Sequence record: MN715356
Origin: Escherichia phage vB_EcoP_EcoN5
DNA length: 64,000 nt
Direction: 5' to 3' (one strand)
Part shown: positions 1 to 8,729 of the stretch, one piece after another
Numbering within the stretch: position 1 is the first letter of the stretch
Layout: each line of letters starts with the position of its first letter
The notes under the pieces: model-generated
Database searches by the model: none
Told to the model about the DNA's origin: nothing
What the model saw: only the letters and a program-made list of their open reading frames with translations
Made by a program: the position numbers and the translations under genes

Positions 1-1625
1 AAATCTTTGTTGATGAACATGCTACCTCTTTTGCAGATGCACAATATTTCTGTCATCGTGTACGTCGCTCTAAAGAAGATCTGGTTGCTATGGGCTTCCC
101 TAAAGATGAGATTGAAGCATTCAACGACTGGACAGACACGATGGACACTACTCAATCTACAGTTGCTTGGTCTCGTACTGACTGGCGTCAGGACATTGAT
201 GCTGACATTGGTACAGATACTGAAGATATCGCTTCTATGGTTTGGGTTTATGAGCACTACATCCGTACAGGTGTTCTAGATAAGAATAAAGAGTCTAAAC
301 TCTATCAGGTTATTCAAGCTGGTGAGCATATCCTTCACACTGAAGAAGTAACTCATATCCCGTTTGTAACCTTCTGTCCGTATCCTATTCCGGGTTCCTT
401 CTATGGTCAATCAGTTTATGACATTACGAAAGATATTCAGGATTTACGTACCGCGTTAGTTCGTGGTTATATTGATAACGTCAACAATGCTAACTATGGT
501 CGATACAAAGCTCTTGTTGGTGCATACGATCGTCGCTCTCTGCTTGATAACCGTCCCGGTGGAGTGGTTGAAATGGAACGTCAGGACGCTATTGACCTGT
601 TCCCATACCATAATCTACCTCAAGGTATTGACGGCCTCCTAGGCATGTCTGAGGAGCTTAAAGAGACGCGTACAGGTGTAACTAAACTTGGCATGGGTAT
701 CAACCCTGATGTGTTTAAGAATGATAACGCTTATGCAACCGTAGGCTTGATGATGAATGCTGCACAGAACCGTCTCCGTATGGTATGTCGTAACATTGCT
801 CACAATGGTATGGTTGAATTGATGCGTGGTATTTACAGTCTTATCAGAGAGAATGGTGAAGTTCCTATTGAGGTACAGACCCCTCGTGGTATGATTCAGG
901 TTAATCCGAAACAATTACCAGCTCGTCATAATCTTCAAGTTGTTGTAGCTATCTCTCCTAATGAGAAAGCAGAACGTGCACAGAAACTGATTAGCTTGAA
1001 ACAGCTGATTGCAGCAGATGCACAGTTAGCACCTCTCTTCGGTTTGGAGCAAGACCGTTACATGACTGCACAGATCTTTGAGTTAATGGGTATTAAGGAC
1101 ACTCATAAATACCTTCTGCCTCTGGAACAGTATCAGCCTCCTGAGCCGTCTCCAATGGAAATCCTCCAGCTTGAGATGACTAAAGCACAGGTTGAGAACG
1201 TACAGGCTTCTTCTCAGAAGATGATTGCTGATGCATTCGACCAACGTGAACGTACTACATTCGAACAGCAGAAAGCTGCGGATGAATTAAGTCTGCGTCA
1301 GGAAGAGTTGCAGTTCAAGCAAGAAAATGCAGCAGATGCTATGACTCTGGAAAACCGTAAAGAGGATAACAATGCTACTCTGGAACAAGCTAAGCACAAG
1401 TTAGCTCTTATGCAACAGCAAGTCCGTCAGTATGAATCTGTACTGAAAGAATTGCAGATGGTTATGGAGCATCAGGTAGACCAAGAGAAGATTGTTCAGC
1501 AATCTCGTGTTCAGGATAAAACTTTGGAACTCCAAAAGAAAGAAGCTAATGTAACTAAGAAAGAGCAACAAGCTTCTCTCAAAGATTCACGGATTCCAGG
1601 CAAACGTCTTGGAAGTAAAAAGTAA
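1..1625 (+). CDS. portal protein (5'-partial; frame open to window start)
   Basis: ORF 90..1625 has no in-frame stop back to base 3, so the gene starts upstream of the window; sits directly upstream of scaffold and major capsid genes; charged coiled-coil C-terminus. Confidence 0.55.
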   Translation, partial: IFVDEHATSFADAQYFCHRVRRSKEDLVAMGFPKDEIEAFNDWTDTMDTTQSTVAWSRTDWRQDIDADIGTDTEDIASMVWVYEHYIRTGVLDKNKESKLYQVIQAGEHILHTEEVTHIPFVTFCPYPIPGSFYGQSVYDITKDIQDLRTALVRGYIDNVNNANYGRYKALVGAYDRRSLLDNRPGGVVEMERQDAIDLFPYHNLPQGIDGLLGMSEELKETRTGVTKLGMGINPDVFKNDNAYATVGLMMNAAQNRLRMVCRNIAHNGMVELMRGIYSLIRENGEVPIEVQTPRGMIQVNPKQLPARHNLQVVVAISPNEKAERAQKLISLKQLIAADAQLAPLFGLEQDRYMTAQIFELMGIKDTHKYLLPLEQYQPPEPSPMEILQLEMTKAQVENVQASSQKMIADAFDQRERTTFEQQKAADELSLRQEELQFKQENAADAMTLENRKEDNNATLEQAKHKLALMQQQVRQYESVLKELQMVMEHQVDQEKIVQQSRVQDKTLELQKKEANVTKKEQQASLKDSRIPGKRLGSKK

Positions 1626-1634
1626 GGACGTCGA

Positions 1635-1871
1635 ATGAACATTAGGCATCAATTCAATAAAGAGCACGCCGCCGCTTTGGCGGCTCTCAATCTTAACGGC
1701 AGTCTTGACGCAGCATTAGAGGCATTGAAAGAAAGACTCATGACAGAGATAGTTCAAACAGAACCTCATGAGAATAAGAAACGCGAAGATTGTTATCAAA
1801 AGTATAAAATGGTGGGTAGCTTAAAAGAGGTCATAAAAGCTGCTATCAATAGTGCAGGAGATGTTTCATAA
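1635..1871 (+). CDS. hypothetical small protein between portal and scaffold
   Basis: 78-aa ORF, co-oriented, stop overlaps next start (TAATG); no recognisable motif. Confidence 0.4.
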   Translation: MNIRHQFNKEHAAALAALNLNGSLDAALEALKERLMTEIVQTEPHENKKREDCYQKYKMVGSLKEVIKAAINSAGDVS

Positions 1872-3421
1872 TGCCACAAGATAATTATATTGACCCGAAC
1901 GATTTTAAATCTTTCCTCCAACTGGATGACCTGAAAGGTTCTTTTAAAGAAGAGCTTGGTCGATTAGAATCTGAACAAGAACCAGAAGTGGACATTGACG
2001 ATGAGTTTCCGGAACAAACCGGTGACGAATTCGACTTTGATACCGACCTTCTCGGTGAAAGCGATGAGCTTAAGTTCGAAGATGAAGATGGTTGGGAAGA
2101 TCGTGATGAGGAAGGCGAAGTCGAAGAAGATGGGGATGACTCTGATGAAGGTGATGAAAACACTGAAGTAGAAGAGGAAGACTCAAGCGATGCAGGATAT
2201 GAAGATGATTCTGCTGACGGTGATGGTGAAGTCTTTGATGTAGACTACGAAACCGTTATCACCCTTCCTGATGGACGTGAGATGACTATTGAAGAACTCT
2301 CCAATGGCTATCTCACTGGCGCTGATATGACAGAACGAGAATCAACTCTTCAGCGTCATATGGAAGCATTTGAGGAACGTGTAGTAGGTTTGAAGGATGT
2401 ATTAGAATTAGCGTCTTTAGAAGCAGACCGAGTAATTGAAGATTACAACGGATTTGATTGGGACAAGCTTGCAGTAGAAGATCCTCAAGCATATGTTGAA
2501 AACAAACGTTTCCTAGAGAAGTACACAGCTCGTCGTAACCAGCTTGAACAGGCTCAGGCCCGTATTAAGCAGGAAGCAGCAGCTAAAGAGCAGGAAGCTT
2601 TCCAAGCCAAGAGCATTGAATGTGTTAATATTCTGAAACGTGAGATTCCAAATTGGGATGAAAACTTATATCAAAACTTAATGCAATACGCAATTGACTT
2701 AGGTGCTACTGAAGAAGAAGTATTGAAGGAAAACCGTCCGTCTATTTTCCTAGCTCTCCACAAAGCATACCAATTTGATAAAGGTAAGCAGCAGGTGATG
2801 GCTAAGATTAAACGTCCCGGTGCTCCACGCAAGGTTGTGAAGTCTGATGCTGCAAAGTCTCGCACTTCCAATAAGCCAGACAACGCTAAGGTTGCCAAGG
2901 CATTCGCAGAGGGTCGCGTTAGTCACGACAAGCTTGCAGTAGAAGATCCTCAAGCATATGTTGAAAACAAACGTTTCCTAGAGAAGTACACAGCTCGTCG
3001 TAACCAGCTTGAACAGGCTCAGGCCCGTATTAAGCAGGAAGCAGCAGCTAAAGAGCAGGAAGCTTTCCAAGCCAAGAGCATTGAATGTGTTAATATTCTG
3101 AAACGTGAGATTCCAAATTGGGATGAAAACTTATATCAAAACTTAATGCAATACGCAATTGACTTAGGTGCTACTGAAGAAGAAGTATTGAAGGAAAACC
3201 GTCCGTCTATTTTCCTAGCTCTCCACAAAGCATACCAATTTGATAAAGGTAAGCAGCAGGTGATGGCTAAGATTAAACGTCCCGGTGCTCCACGCAAGGT
3301 TGTGAAGTCTGATGCTGCAAAGTCTCGCACTTCCAATAAGCCAGACAACGCTAAGGTTGCCAAGGCATTCGCAGAGGGTCGCGTTAGTCACGAAGACGCA
3401 TTCAAATTCCTCGTAGATTAA
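1871..3421 (+). CDS. scaffolding protein (poly-acidic N-terminal tract; carries in-frame 155-aa tandem duplication)
   Basis: Position between portal and major capsid; acidic D/E-rich region; helical charged C-terminal part repeated twice. Confidence 0.5.
   Translation: MPQDNYIDPNDFKSFLQLDDLKGSFKEELGRLESEQEPEVDIDDEFPEQTGDEFDFDTDLLGESDELKFEDEDGWEDRDEEGEVEEDGDDSDEGDENTEVEEEDSSDAGYEDDSADGDGEVFDVDYETVITLPDGREMTIEELSNGYLTGADMTERESTLQRHMEAFEERVVGLKDVLELASLEADRVIEDYNGFDWDKLAVEDPQAYVENKRFLEKYTARRNQLEQAQARIKQEAAAKEQEAFQAKSIECVNILKREIPNWDENLYQNLMQYAIDLGATEEEVLKENRPSIFLALHKAYQFDKGKQQVMAKIKRPGAPRKVVKSDAAKSRTSNKPDNAKVAKAFAEGRVSHDKLAVEDPQAYVENKRFLEKYTARRNQLEQAQARIKQEAAAKEQEAFQAKSIECVNILKREIPNWDENLYQNLMQYAIDLGATEEEVLKENRPSIFLALHKAYQFDKGKQQVMAKIKRPGAPRKVVKSDAAKSRTSNKPDNAKVAKAFAEGRVSHEDAFKFLVD
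2462..3393. repeat. perfect tandem duplication, 2 x 465 bp (copy 1 about 2462..2926, copy 2 about 2927..3391), in frame within scaffold gene
   Basis: Identical antisense ORFs 2671..2898 and 3136..3363 (offset 465); protein segment DKLAVEDPQ...AFAEGRVSH occurs twice; boundaries checked base by base. Confidence 0.9.
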
Positions 3422-3462
3422 TCGACAAATTAATTATTTAATAGTATAGGAGCTAACATAAC

Positions 3463-4521
3463 ATGGCTAATCCAACTTTATTTGTATCGTATGACCAGAA
3501 TGGTAAAAAACTTTCTTTTGCTAACTGGATTTCTGTTCTGTCCCCTCAGGATACCCCGTTCGTATCCATGACCGGTAAAGAGTCTATCAACCAGACTATC
3601 TTTAGCTGGCAGACCGATGCACTGGCAAGCGTTGATGGTAATAACGCACACGTCGAAGGCTCTCGTGCTGAAGACGGCGAAATGAAACCGACTGTTATCA
3701 AGTCTAACGTTACTCAGATTCTGCGTAAGGTTGTTCGTGTTTCTGATACTGCTAACACCACCGCTAACTATGGTCGTGGTCGTGAACTGATGTATCAGCT
3801 GGAGAAGAAAGGTAAAGAGATCAAGCGTGACCTCGAGAAAATCCTTCTATCCGGTCAGGCTCGTACCGACGTTCTGGCTGACCAGTACCTGACTAACTCT
3901 GCAACTGATCCTGCTGTTGTTGGTTTGAATGACACCCATGCAGCTCGTAAGACTGGTGCATTCCAGTTCCTGTGTGCTCACGGTGGTCTGGCTGGTGGTG
4001 TTGTTGACAAAACCAAGAACGGTCCTGCTGACCCGGATACTGGTGCAGTAACTGTTAAAGTTGCACAGAATGCTTCTAACCCGACTACTAACATCGGCTT
4101 TGATGAAGCAGATATCTTTGACATGACTCTGCAACTGTACACCGCTGGTTCTGAAGCAGATATCATCATGATTAACCCGGCTCATGCTAAGATCTTCGCT
4201 GGCCTGCAAGAAAATACTCAGGGTTCACGTAAGCGTATCTTTGAGAACACCAAGCAGTTCATCTATGAAGTTAACAGCATCACTGACCCGCTGGGCCAGA
4301 GCTACAAAATCATCGTTAACCGTTGGATGCCTACCGATGCAGTTTACTTCTTCCGTAGCGCTGACTGGACCCAGATGGTTCTGCGTGCTCCGAAACGTAC
4401 TGAACTGGCGAAAGATGGTTCTTACGAGAAGTGGATGATTGAAATGGAAGTTGGTCTGCGTCACCGCAACCCGTATGCTTCCGGCGTTCTGTTCACTGCT
4501 GCGGGAAAGGTGGCGGCGTAA
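3463..4521 (+). CDS. major capsid protein
   Basis: 352-aa ORF after scaffold gene, strong RBS (AGGAG), followed by hairpin terminator as usual for highly expressed capsid genes. Confidence 0.6.
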   Translation: MANPTLFVSYDQNGKKLSFANWISVLSPQDTPFVSMTGKESINQTIFSWQTDALASVDGNNAHVEGSRAEDGEMKPTVIKSNVTQILRKVVRVSDTANTTANYGRGRELMYQLEKKGKEIKRDLEKILLSGQARTDVLADQYLTNSATDPAVVGLNDTHAARKTGAFQFLCAHGGLAGGVVDKTKNGPADPDTGAVTVKVAQNASNPTTNIGFDEADIFDMTLQLYTAGSEADIIMINPAHAKIFAGLQENTQGSRKRIFENTKQFIYEVNSITDPLGQSYKIIVNRWMPTDAVYFFRSADWTQMVLRAPKRTELAKDGSYEKWMIEMEVGLRHRNPYASGVLFTAAGKVAA

Positions 4522-4532
4522 CAGTAGACAGT

Positions 4533-5045
4533 GTGACTGTTAGCCCTGCGTCTTTAGCAAGCCTAGAGACAGGGGCTACTCGGCAGTTCACTGCAAGCGC
4601 GGAGAAAAGTGATGGTTCTACCGAAACAACTGGCTTTACTTGGTCAGTGACAGGAGGTGGTTCTATCACTCAGTCGGGTTTGTATACTGCTCCGAGTGCG
4701 TCTCAATCCACTGATGTATCCATTACTGCAACTTTAGAGGGTGTTTCTGGTACAGCAACCATTTCTGAAATTGTTGCTCCTGCTCCTACTATTGTAGCTA
4801 AGGGTCCAATTACGGGTAAAACTGGTGGTTCTTCCACTAACTTCACTACCATGTTTACTGTAACTAATTCTGCTGCTGCGGATTACACATTTGTTGTAAC
4901 CCCTACAGAAGCTGGTACAGTAAGCGCCGCTGGTGCGTTAACCTTAGATGCTGCTGCAAGTGGCGAAGTTACTGTTCAAGCAAGTTTGACAGCTGACCCT
5001 TCCATCAATGCAACATGCACTTTTACTGGTGTAACACCTGCTTAA
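4533..5045 (+). CDS. Ig-like (Big_2-type) domain protein, possible capsid decoration or fibre protein; GTG start
   Basis: T/S/G/A-rich beta-strand pattern typical of bacterial Ig-like domains; start codon is GTG; directly downstream of capsid gene. Confidence 0.45.
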   Translation: MTVSPASLASLETGATRQFTASAEKSDGSTETTGFTWSVTGGGSITQSGLYTAPSASQSTDVSITATLEGVSGTATISEIVAPAPTIVAKGPITGKTGGSSTNFTTMFTVTNSAAADYTFVVTPTEAGTVSAAGALTLDAAASGEVTVQASLTADPSINATCTFTGVTPA

Positions 5046-5052
5046 AACTAGA

Positions 5053-5076
5053 CCCTGCCTTCGGGCGGGGTTTTTT
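5053..5076 (+). terminator. rho-independent terminator (CCCTGCC-TTCG-GGCGGGG + T6)
   Basis: GC-rich hairpin with UUCG tetraloop followed by TTTTTT right after the capsid/Ig-like genes. Confidence 0.6.
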
Positions 5077-5146
5077 CGTTTTAAGACCTATACAAGCTAG
5101 TGTGTAATGTATATTCTTTGTCTACATATAACAAGGAGGACAACCT

Positions 5147-5899
5147 ATGGCAATGCCAGATGTTCAATACCCCATCAATACCTATGGGTGGCTAAAGAAG
5201 GCCGTGGCCCTCTGGGCAGATAGGGACGATGACGAATTTGTTAATCAAATTCCAAACTTTATTAACTTTGCAGAGAAAGAGATTTATCGTAACTTACGTA
5301 TTCCTCCTCTGGAAAAAGAAGTGTACTTAGATATTAAAGATGGAGTAGCTTACATTCCTCCTGATTACTTAGAAGCTCAATGGATGATGAGAGCCAAAGA
5401 TGGTACAATCTTCCAAGTAACATCTCCTGAAGAGATTAGCTATCGTAGACAGCATGGAACAATTAACCCATCTCATTGGAATAACCAACCTGTTAACTTT
5501 GCTCGTTTCGGTAGTCGTTTCATTTTCTACCCTAGCATCGAAGCAGATACTCCGTACTATCCTGACGACGGAAGTCCTTTGATTCCAGCAGAAAACTCAG
5601 TAATTCTTAGCTATTATGCAGACCCACCGGAATTCCACGAAGATACAGACACTAGTGCTATTCTTACTATCGCACCAGAACTTCTTCTGTACTTCACACT
5701 ACGTCATGCTTGCTTGTTTGTTCAAGATGACAACGGTGTTCAGAAATGGTCAGCATTAGGAAAAGCTATCCTTGATGAAATGGTAGAACAGAATAAGAAA
5801 CAAGAGTACTCAGGTTCACCTATCGCAATTCCGAATAACATGACTCGACTTCAGAGCAGCTTGCCTGATATTTATGGTATTCGTACCTCTCGTGTATAA
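5147..5899 (+). CDS. hypothetical virion protein (possible head-tail adaptor or tail tubular protein)
   Basis: 250-aa ORF with strong RBS (AAGGAGGA) between capsid and fibre genes; no recognisable motif. Confidence 0.4.
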   Translation: MAMPDVQYPINTYGWLKKAVALWADRDDDEFVNQIPNFINFAEKEIYRNLRIPPLEKEVYLDIKDGVAYIPPDYLEAQWMMRAKDGTIFQVTSPEEISYRRQHGTINPSHWNNQPVNFARFGSRFIFYPSIEADTPYYPDDGSPLIPAENSVILSYYADPPEFHEDTDTSAILTIAPELLLYFTLRHACLFVQDDNGVQKWSALGKAILDEMVEQNKKQEYSGSPIAIPNNMTRLQSSLPDIYGIRTSRV

Positions 5900-5908
5900 G
5901 GAGATAAT

Positions 5909-8689
5909 ATGATCGTTTATAATAACCAAGCACCTGATGCAGTGAATAACGTTGGGCAGTTTGGTGCTACTGAAGGCTCTATTGGAGCTTATAAGCAAGC
6001 AGCAGAATATGCAGCTGACTCCAAATATTGGGCACTGTTGGCGGAGTCTAAGTTTGGTACAATTGATGACTTGATCGCTGAAGTAGAACGTCTGTATCAA
6101 CAAGGTGTTCTGATGAAGCAGGATATTGAAGATCTTAAGCAGGACTTTAAAGATCAAGATGCTCGTTTGATGACTCTGATTGCTCAAACTAACGCAGCAG
6201 TCTCTGACGCTAACAATGCTGTAGCTCTAATTAACCAGAAACTTATTGAAGTCCAGAATCAGCTTGACGTTCTGTTAGGAATGTCCGTTGATGTAACCAC
6301 ACTTCCTCCGGGAACCCCAGCTACTGGCTCTTTTAATCCGAATACTGGTGTAATTTCTTTAGGTATCCCAGAGGGTGATCCCGGAAAGGATGGTTCTGTT
6401 AAGGATTTGGATACAGCACCTACCGGTGTTCCAGAGTTAGGGGACTTAGGTTTCTATGTTGATAAGGACGATAATACCGTTCACAAAACAACTTTAGAGA
6501 ATATCGCTAACCTAATCCCGTCTGTTCGATCTGTATCTGTTAACGGTGGCCCTGCTCTTGATGGAGAAGTCGCCCTAACGATTAACAAGGAGACGGTTGG
6601 TTTAGGGAATGTCATAAACGTTCCTCAGTATAGTCGCCAAGAGATTAATGACAAGTTTGACAAAACTACCAAGACATACCAATCAAAAGCAGAAGCAGAT
6701 GCTGACGCTCAATATCGTCAAGTAGGTGAGAAAGTCTTAGTTTGGGAAGCTACTAAGTATGAATTCTATACTGTTGCTGCTAACAAGACGTTAACTCCTG
6801 TTAAAACTGAAGGTAGAATTCTTACCGTTAACTCTCGTTCTCCAGACTCCAGTGGTAACATTGATATTACAATCCCAACAGGGAACCCCTCTCTGTACCT
6901 TGGTGAAATGGTAATGTTCCCTTATGACCCAGCTAAGAATATTTCATATCCTGGTGTTCTTCCTGCTGATGGTCGTCTGGTATCAAAAGAGTCTGCTATC
7001 GACTTAGGCCCATCTCTTGTCAGTGGACAGCTACCTGTTGTTTCTGAAACAGAGTGGCAGGCCGGTGCTAGACAATACTTCTCTTGGGGTAAATTGGCAG
7101 ATGGGGTTACTGATGCAGATTCTACTAACTTTATAAGTATCCGACTTCCTGACTGGACTGGTGGTGAGGCTATCAGGTCTCCTGATTCAGATAAAGATGC
7201 TAATTACAAAGGTCGTGTTCAATCTCAGATTCCTTACATTGTAACCGTAAACGGAAAAGCTCCTGATGACGCTAATGGTAACGTAGTTCTTACGGCTGCT
7301 AATGTTGGTGCAGCGGCATCTGGGGCAAACTTAGATATCACCTCTCTTAATGGATTAACTACCCCTCTCTCTGTTGCTCAGGGTGGTACGGGTGTCACCG
7401 ATATTGGCTCGCTTCGTAGAGCGGCGTTGGTTCAGGGGGTTCTGTGTAATGATCAGGCTGGCCCTCAATCTTATAACAGTTATAGATCTCCTAACGGGGA
7501 GTATGCTTTCAAAGTGGATAACTCGGGACTTGTTGCTTCTATTAATGCAAGGACGGAAGAAGTTGTACCTTTTGCTATAGAATCAGGTGGTACGGGAGCA
7601 ACCACATTAAACGATGCTCGAATTAGTTTAAATTTGGAGAGATTTTTACAGCCTAGCAATGAAACCATAGTTATGGCTCCTAGTAAATCTTCATATTTAA
7701 CAATTTCAGACACCTCTTGGGGGGCTTATAGTTCTGCTGACTCAGCATGGAGAGCTTTAGGGGTAGGACAAGGTGGTACAGGAGCGACCTCTGAGGCTGC
7801 TGCTCGTGTCAATCTGAAGGTGGATAAGCTTGTTCAAAGTTCAACAGACACAAAACTGCTGGATGGTTCTGGAGAACATACCTTCTTTATTACAGATGCA
7901 GATTGGGGGTATTTCAAGAACTCTGACTCTTCTCGAATAGCTTTGCCAGTTATGAGTGGTGGTACAGGAGGGAAAACTCCAGCAGAAGGCTCTGAGAAGC
8001 TAGGAGCAATGCATTGTCAGTATGGTTCATCAACCTACTATGGTGGTGGGGATTTACCAACTGGTGTTGGGTTCTATAACCAAGACACGTCACCTTTTCC
8101 GGGAGGTAACGGAGCACCTTTCGCTTATGCAGAGATAATGACTGTTGCTGAAGGTGGTCGTGGAGGTAACTGGTCCCAAATAGGGTTCTCTACTATCACA
8201 TATGAAGCCCCTCGCTACAGACAAAGAACTAGTGACCCTTCTTTAATCACAAACTGGCGTGACTTCTTAGTAAGGGATTTGAACACTACCATAGATGTTA
8301 ATGGTTTTGTTAAGATTGCATCGCCTATAGTCAAACTAAAATCTGACGGGTCTTCTGAGGTCAATGACCAAGCCCAAGGAGTAACAACCGAAAGATTAGA
8401 TGTTGGTGTTTATAAGATCTCTGGGGTTCTAGGTTTTAACTCAGACCCCTCTTGGGGAGGTAATAATGGCGGTTTCTCTATTCCTCAAAACTCTAATGGT
8501 TTGCCTTTGTTATGGGTGGATTACGAAGTTGATGAAGAAGGTGATATTACTCTGAAAACTTACCATCGAACTCACGAGGGAGTTCCTTCTTTTGCAAGTA
8601 ATGTAATAGAAGGTGTGGTGGATGGAGAACCTATTGACATTCCAGAAGGACGTTGGGTAGATCTTCGTGTAGAGATGCCAACGGTGTAA
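5909..8689 (+). CDS. tail fibre protein with repeated GGTG(A/V)T fibre motifs
   Basis: 926 aa; recurring motifs AQGGTGVTD, ESGGTGATT, GQGGTGATS, MSGGTGGKT typical of phage tail-fibre repeats. Confidence 0.55.
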   Translation: MIVYNNQAPDAVNNVGQFGATEGSIGAYKQAAEYAADSKYWALLAESKFGTIDDLIAEVERLYQQGVLMKQDIEDLKQDFKDQDARLMTLIAQTNAAVSDANNAVALINQKLIEVQNQLDVLLGMSVDVTTLPPGTPATGSFNPNTGVISLGIPEGDPGKDGSVKDLDTAPTGVPELGDLGFYVDKDDNTVHKTTLENIANLIPSVRSVSVNGGPALDGEVALTINKETVGLGNVINVPQYSRQEINDKFDKTTKTYQSKAEADADAQYRQVGEKVLVWEATKYEFYTVAANKTLTPVKTEGRILTVNSRSPDSSGNIDITIPTGNPSLYLGEMVMFPYDPAKNISYPGVLPADGRLVSKESAIDLGPSLVSGQLPVVSETEWQAGARQYFSWGKLADGVTDADSTNFISIRLPDWTGGEAIRSPDSDKDANYKGRVQSQIPYIVTVNGKAPDDANGNVVLTAANVGAAASGANLDITSLNGLTTPLSVAQGGTGVTDIGSLRRAALVQGVLCNDQAGPQSYNSYRSPNGEYAFKVDNSGLVASINARTEEVVPFAIESGGTGATTLNDARISLNLERFLQPSNETIVMAPSKSSYLTISDTSWGAYSSADSAWRALGVGQGGTGATSEAAARVNLKVDKLVQSSTDTKLLDGSGEHTFFITDADWGYFKNSDSSRIALPVMSGGTGGKTPAEGSEKLGAMHCQYGSSTYYGGGDLPTGVGFYNQDTSPFPGGNGAPFAYAEIMTVAEGGRGGNWSQIGFSTITYEAPRYRQRTSDPSLITNWRDFLVRDLNTTIDVNGFVKIASPIVKLKSDGSSEVNDQAQGVTTERLDVGVYKISGVLGFNSDPSWGGNNGGFSIPQNSNGLPLLWVDYEVDEEGDITLKTYHRTHEGVPSFASNVIEGVVDGEPIDIPEGRWVDLRVEMPTV

Positions 8690-8698
8690 ATAATATAT

Positions 8699-8717
8699 GC
8701 TCCCTTCGGGGAGCTTT
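8699..8717 (+). terminator. intergenic hairpin (GCTCCC-TTCG-GGGAGC), weak terminator or RNA processing site
   Basis: Perfect 6-bp GC stem with UUCG loop between fibre genes; downstream U-tract weak. Confidence 0.35.
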
Positions 8718-8729
8718 AAGGAGATTTTA

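Noticed and set aside
7-279. 90-aa plus-strand ORF at window start
   Set aside because: Lies out of frame inside the portal coding region, which is open from base 3; hydrophobic low-complexity translation.
1885-2163. 92-aa Ser-rich minus-strand ORF
   Set aside because: Antisense read-through of the GA-rich acidic tract of the scaffold gene; compositional artefact.
2671-3363. Two identical 75-aa minus-strand ORFs (2671..2898, 3136..3363)
   Set aside because: Antisense to the scaffold gene; they only reflect the 465-bp duplication, which is where they proved useful.
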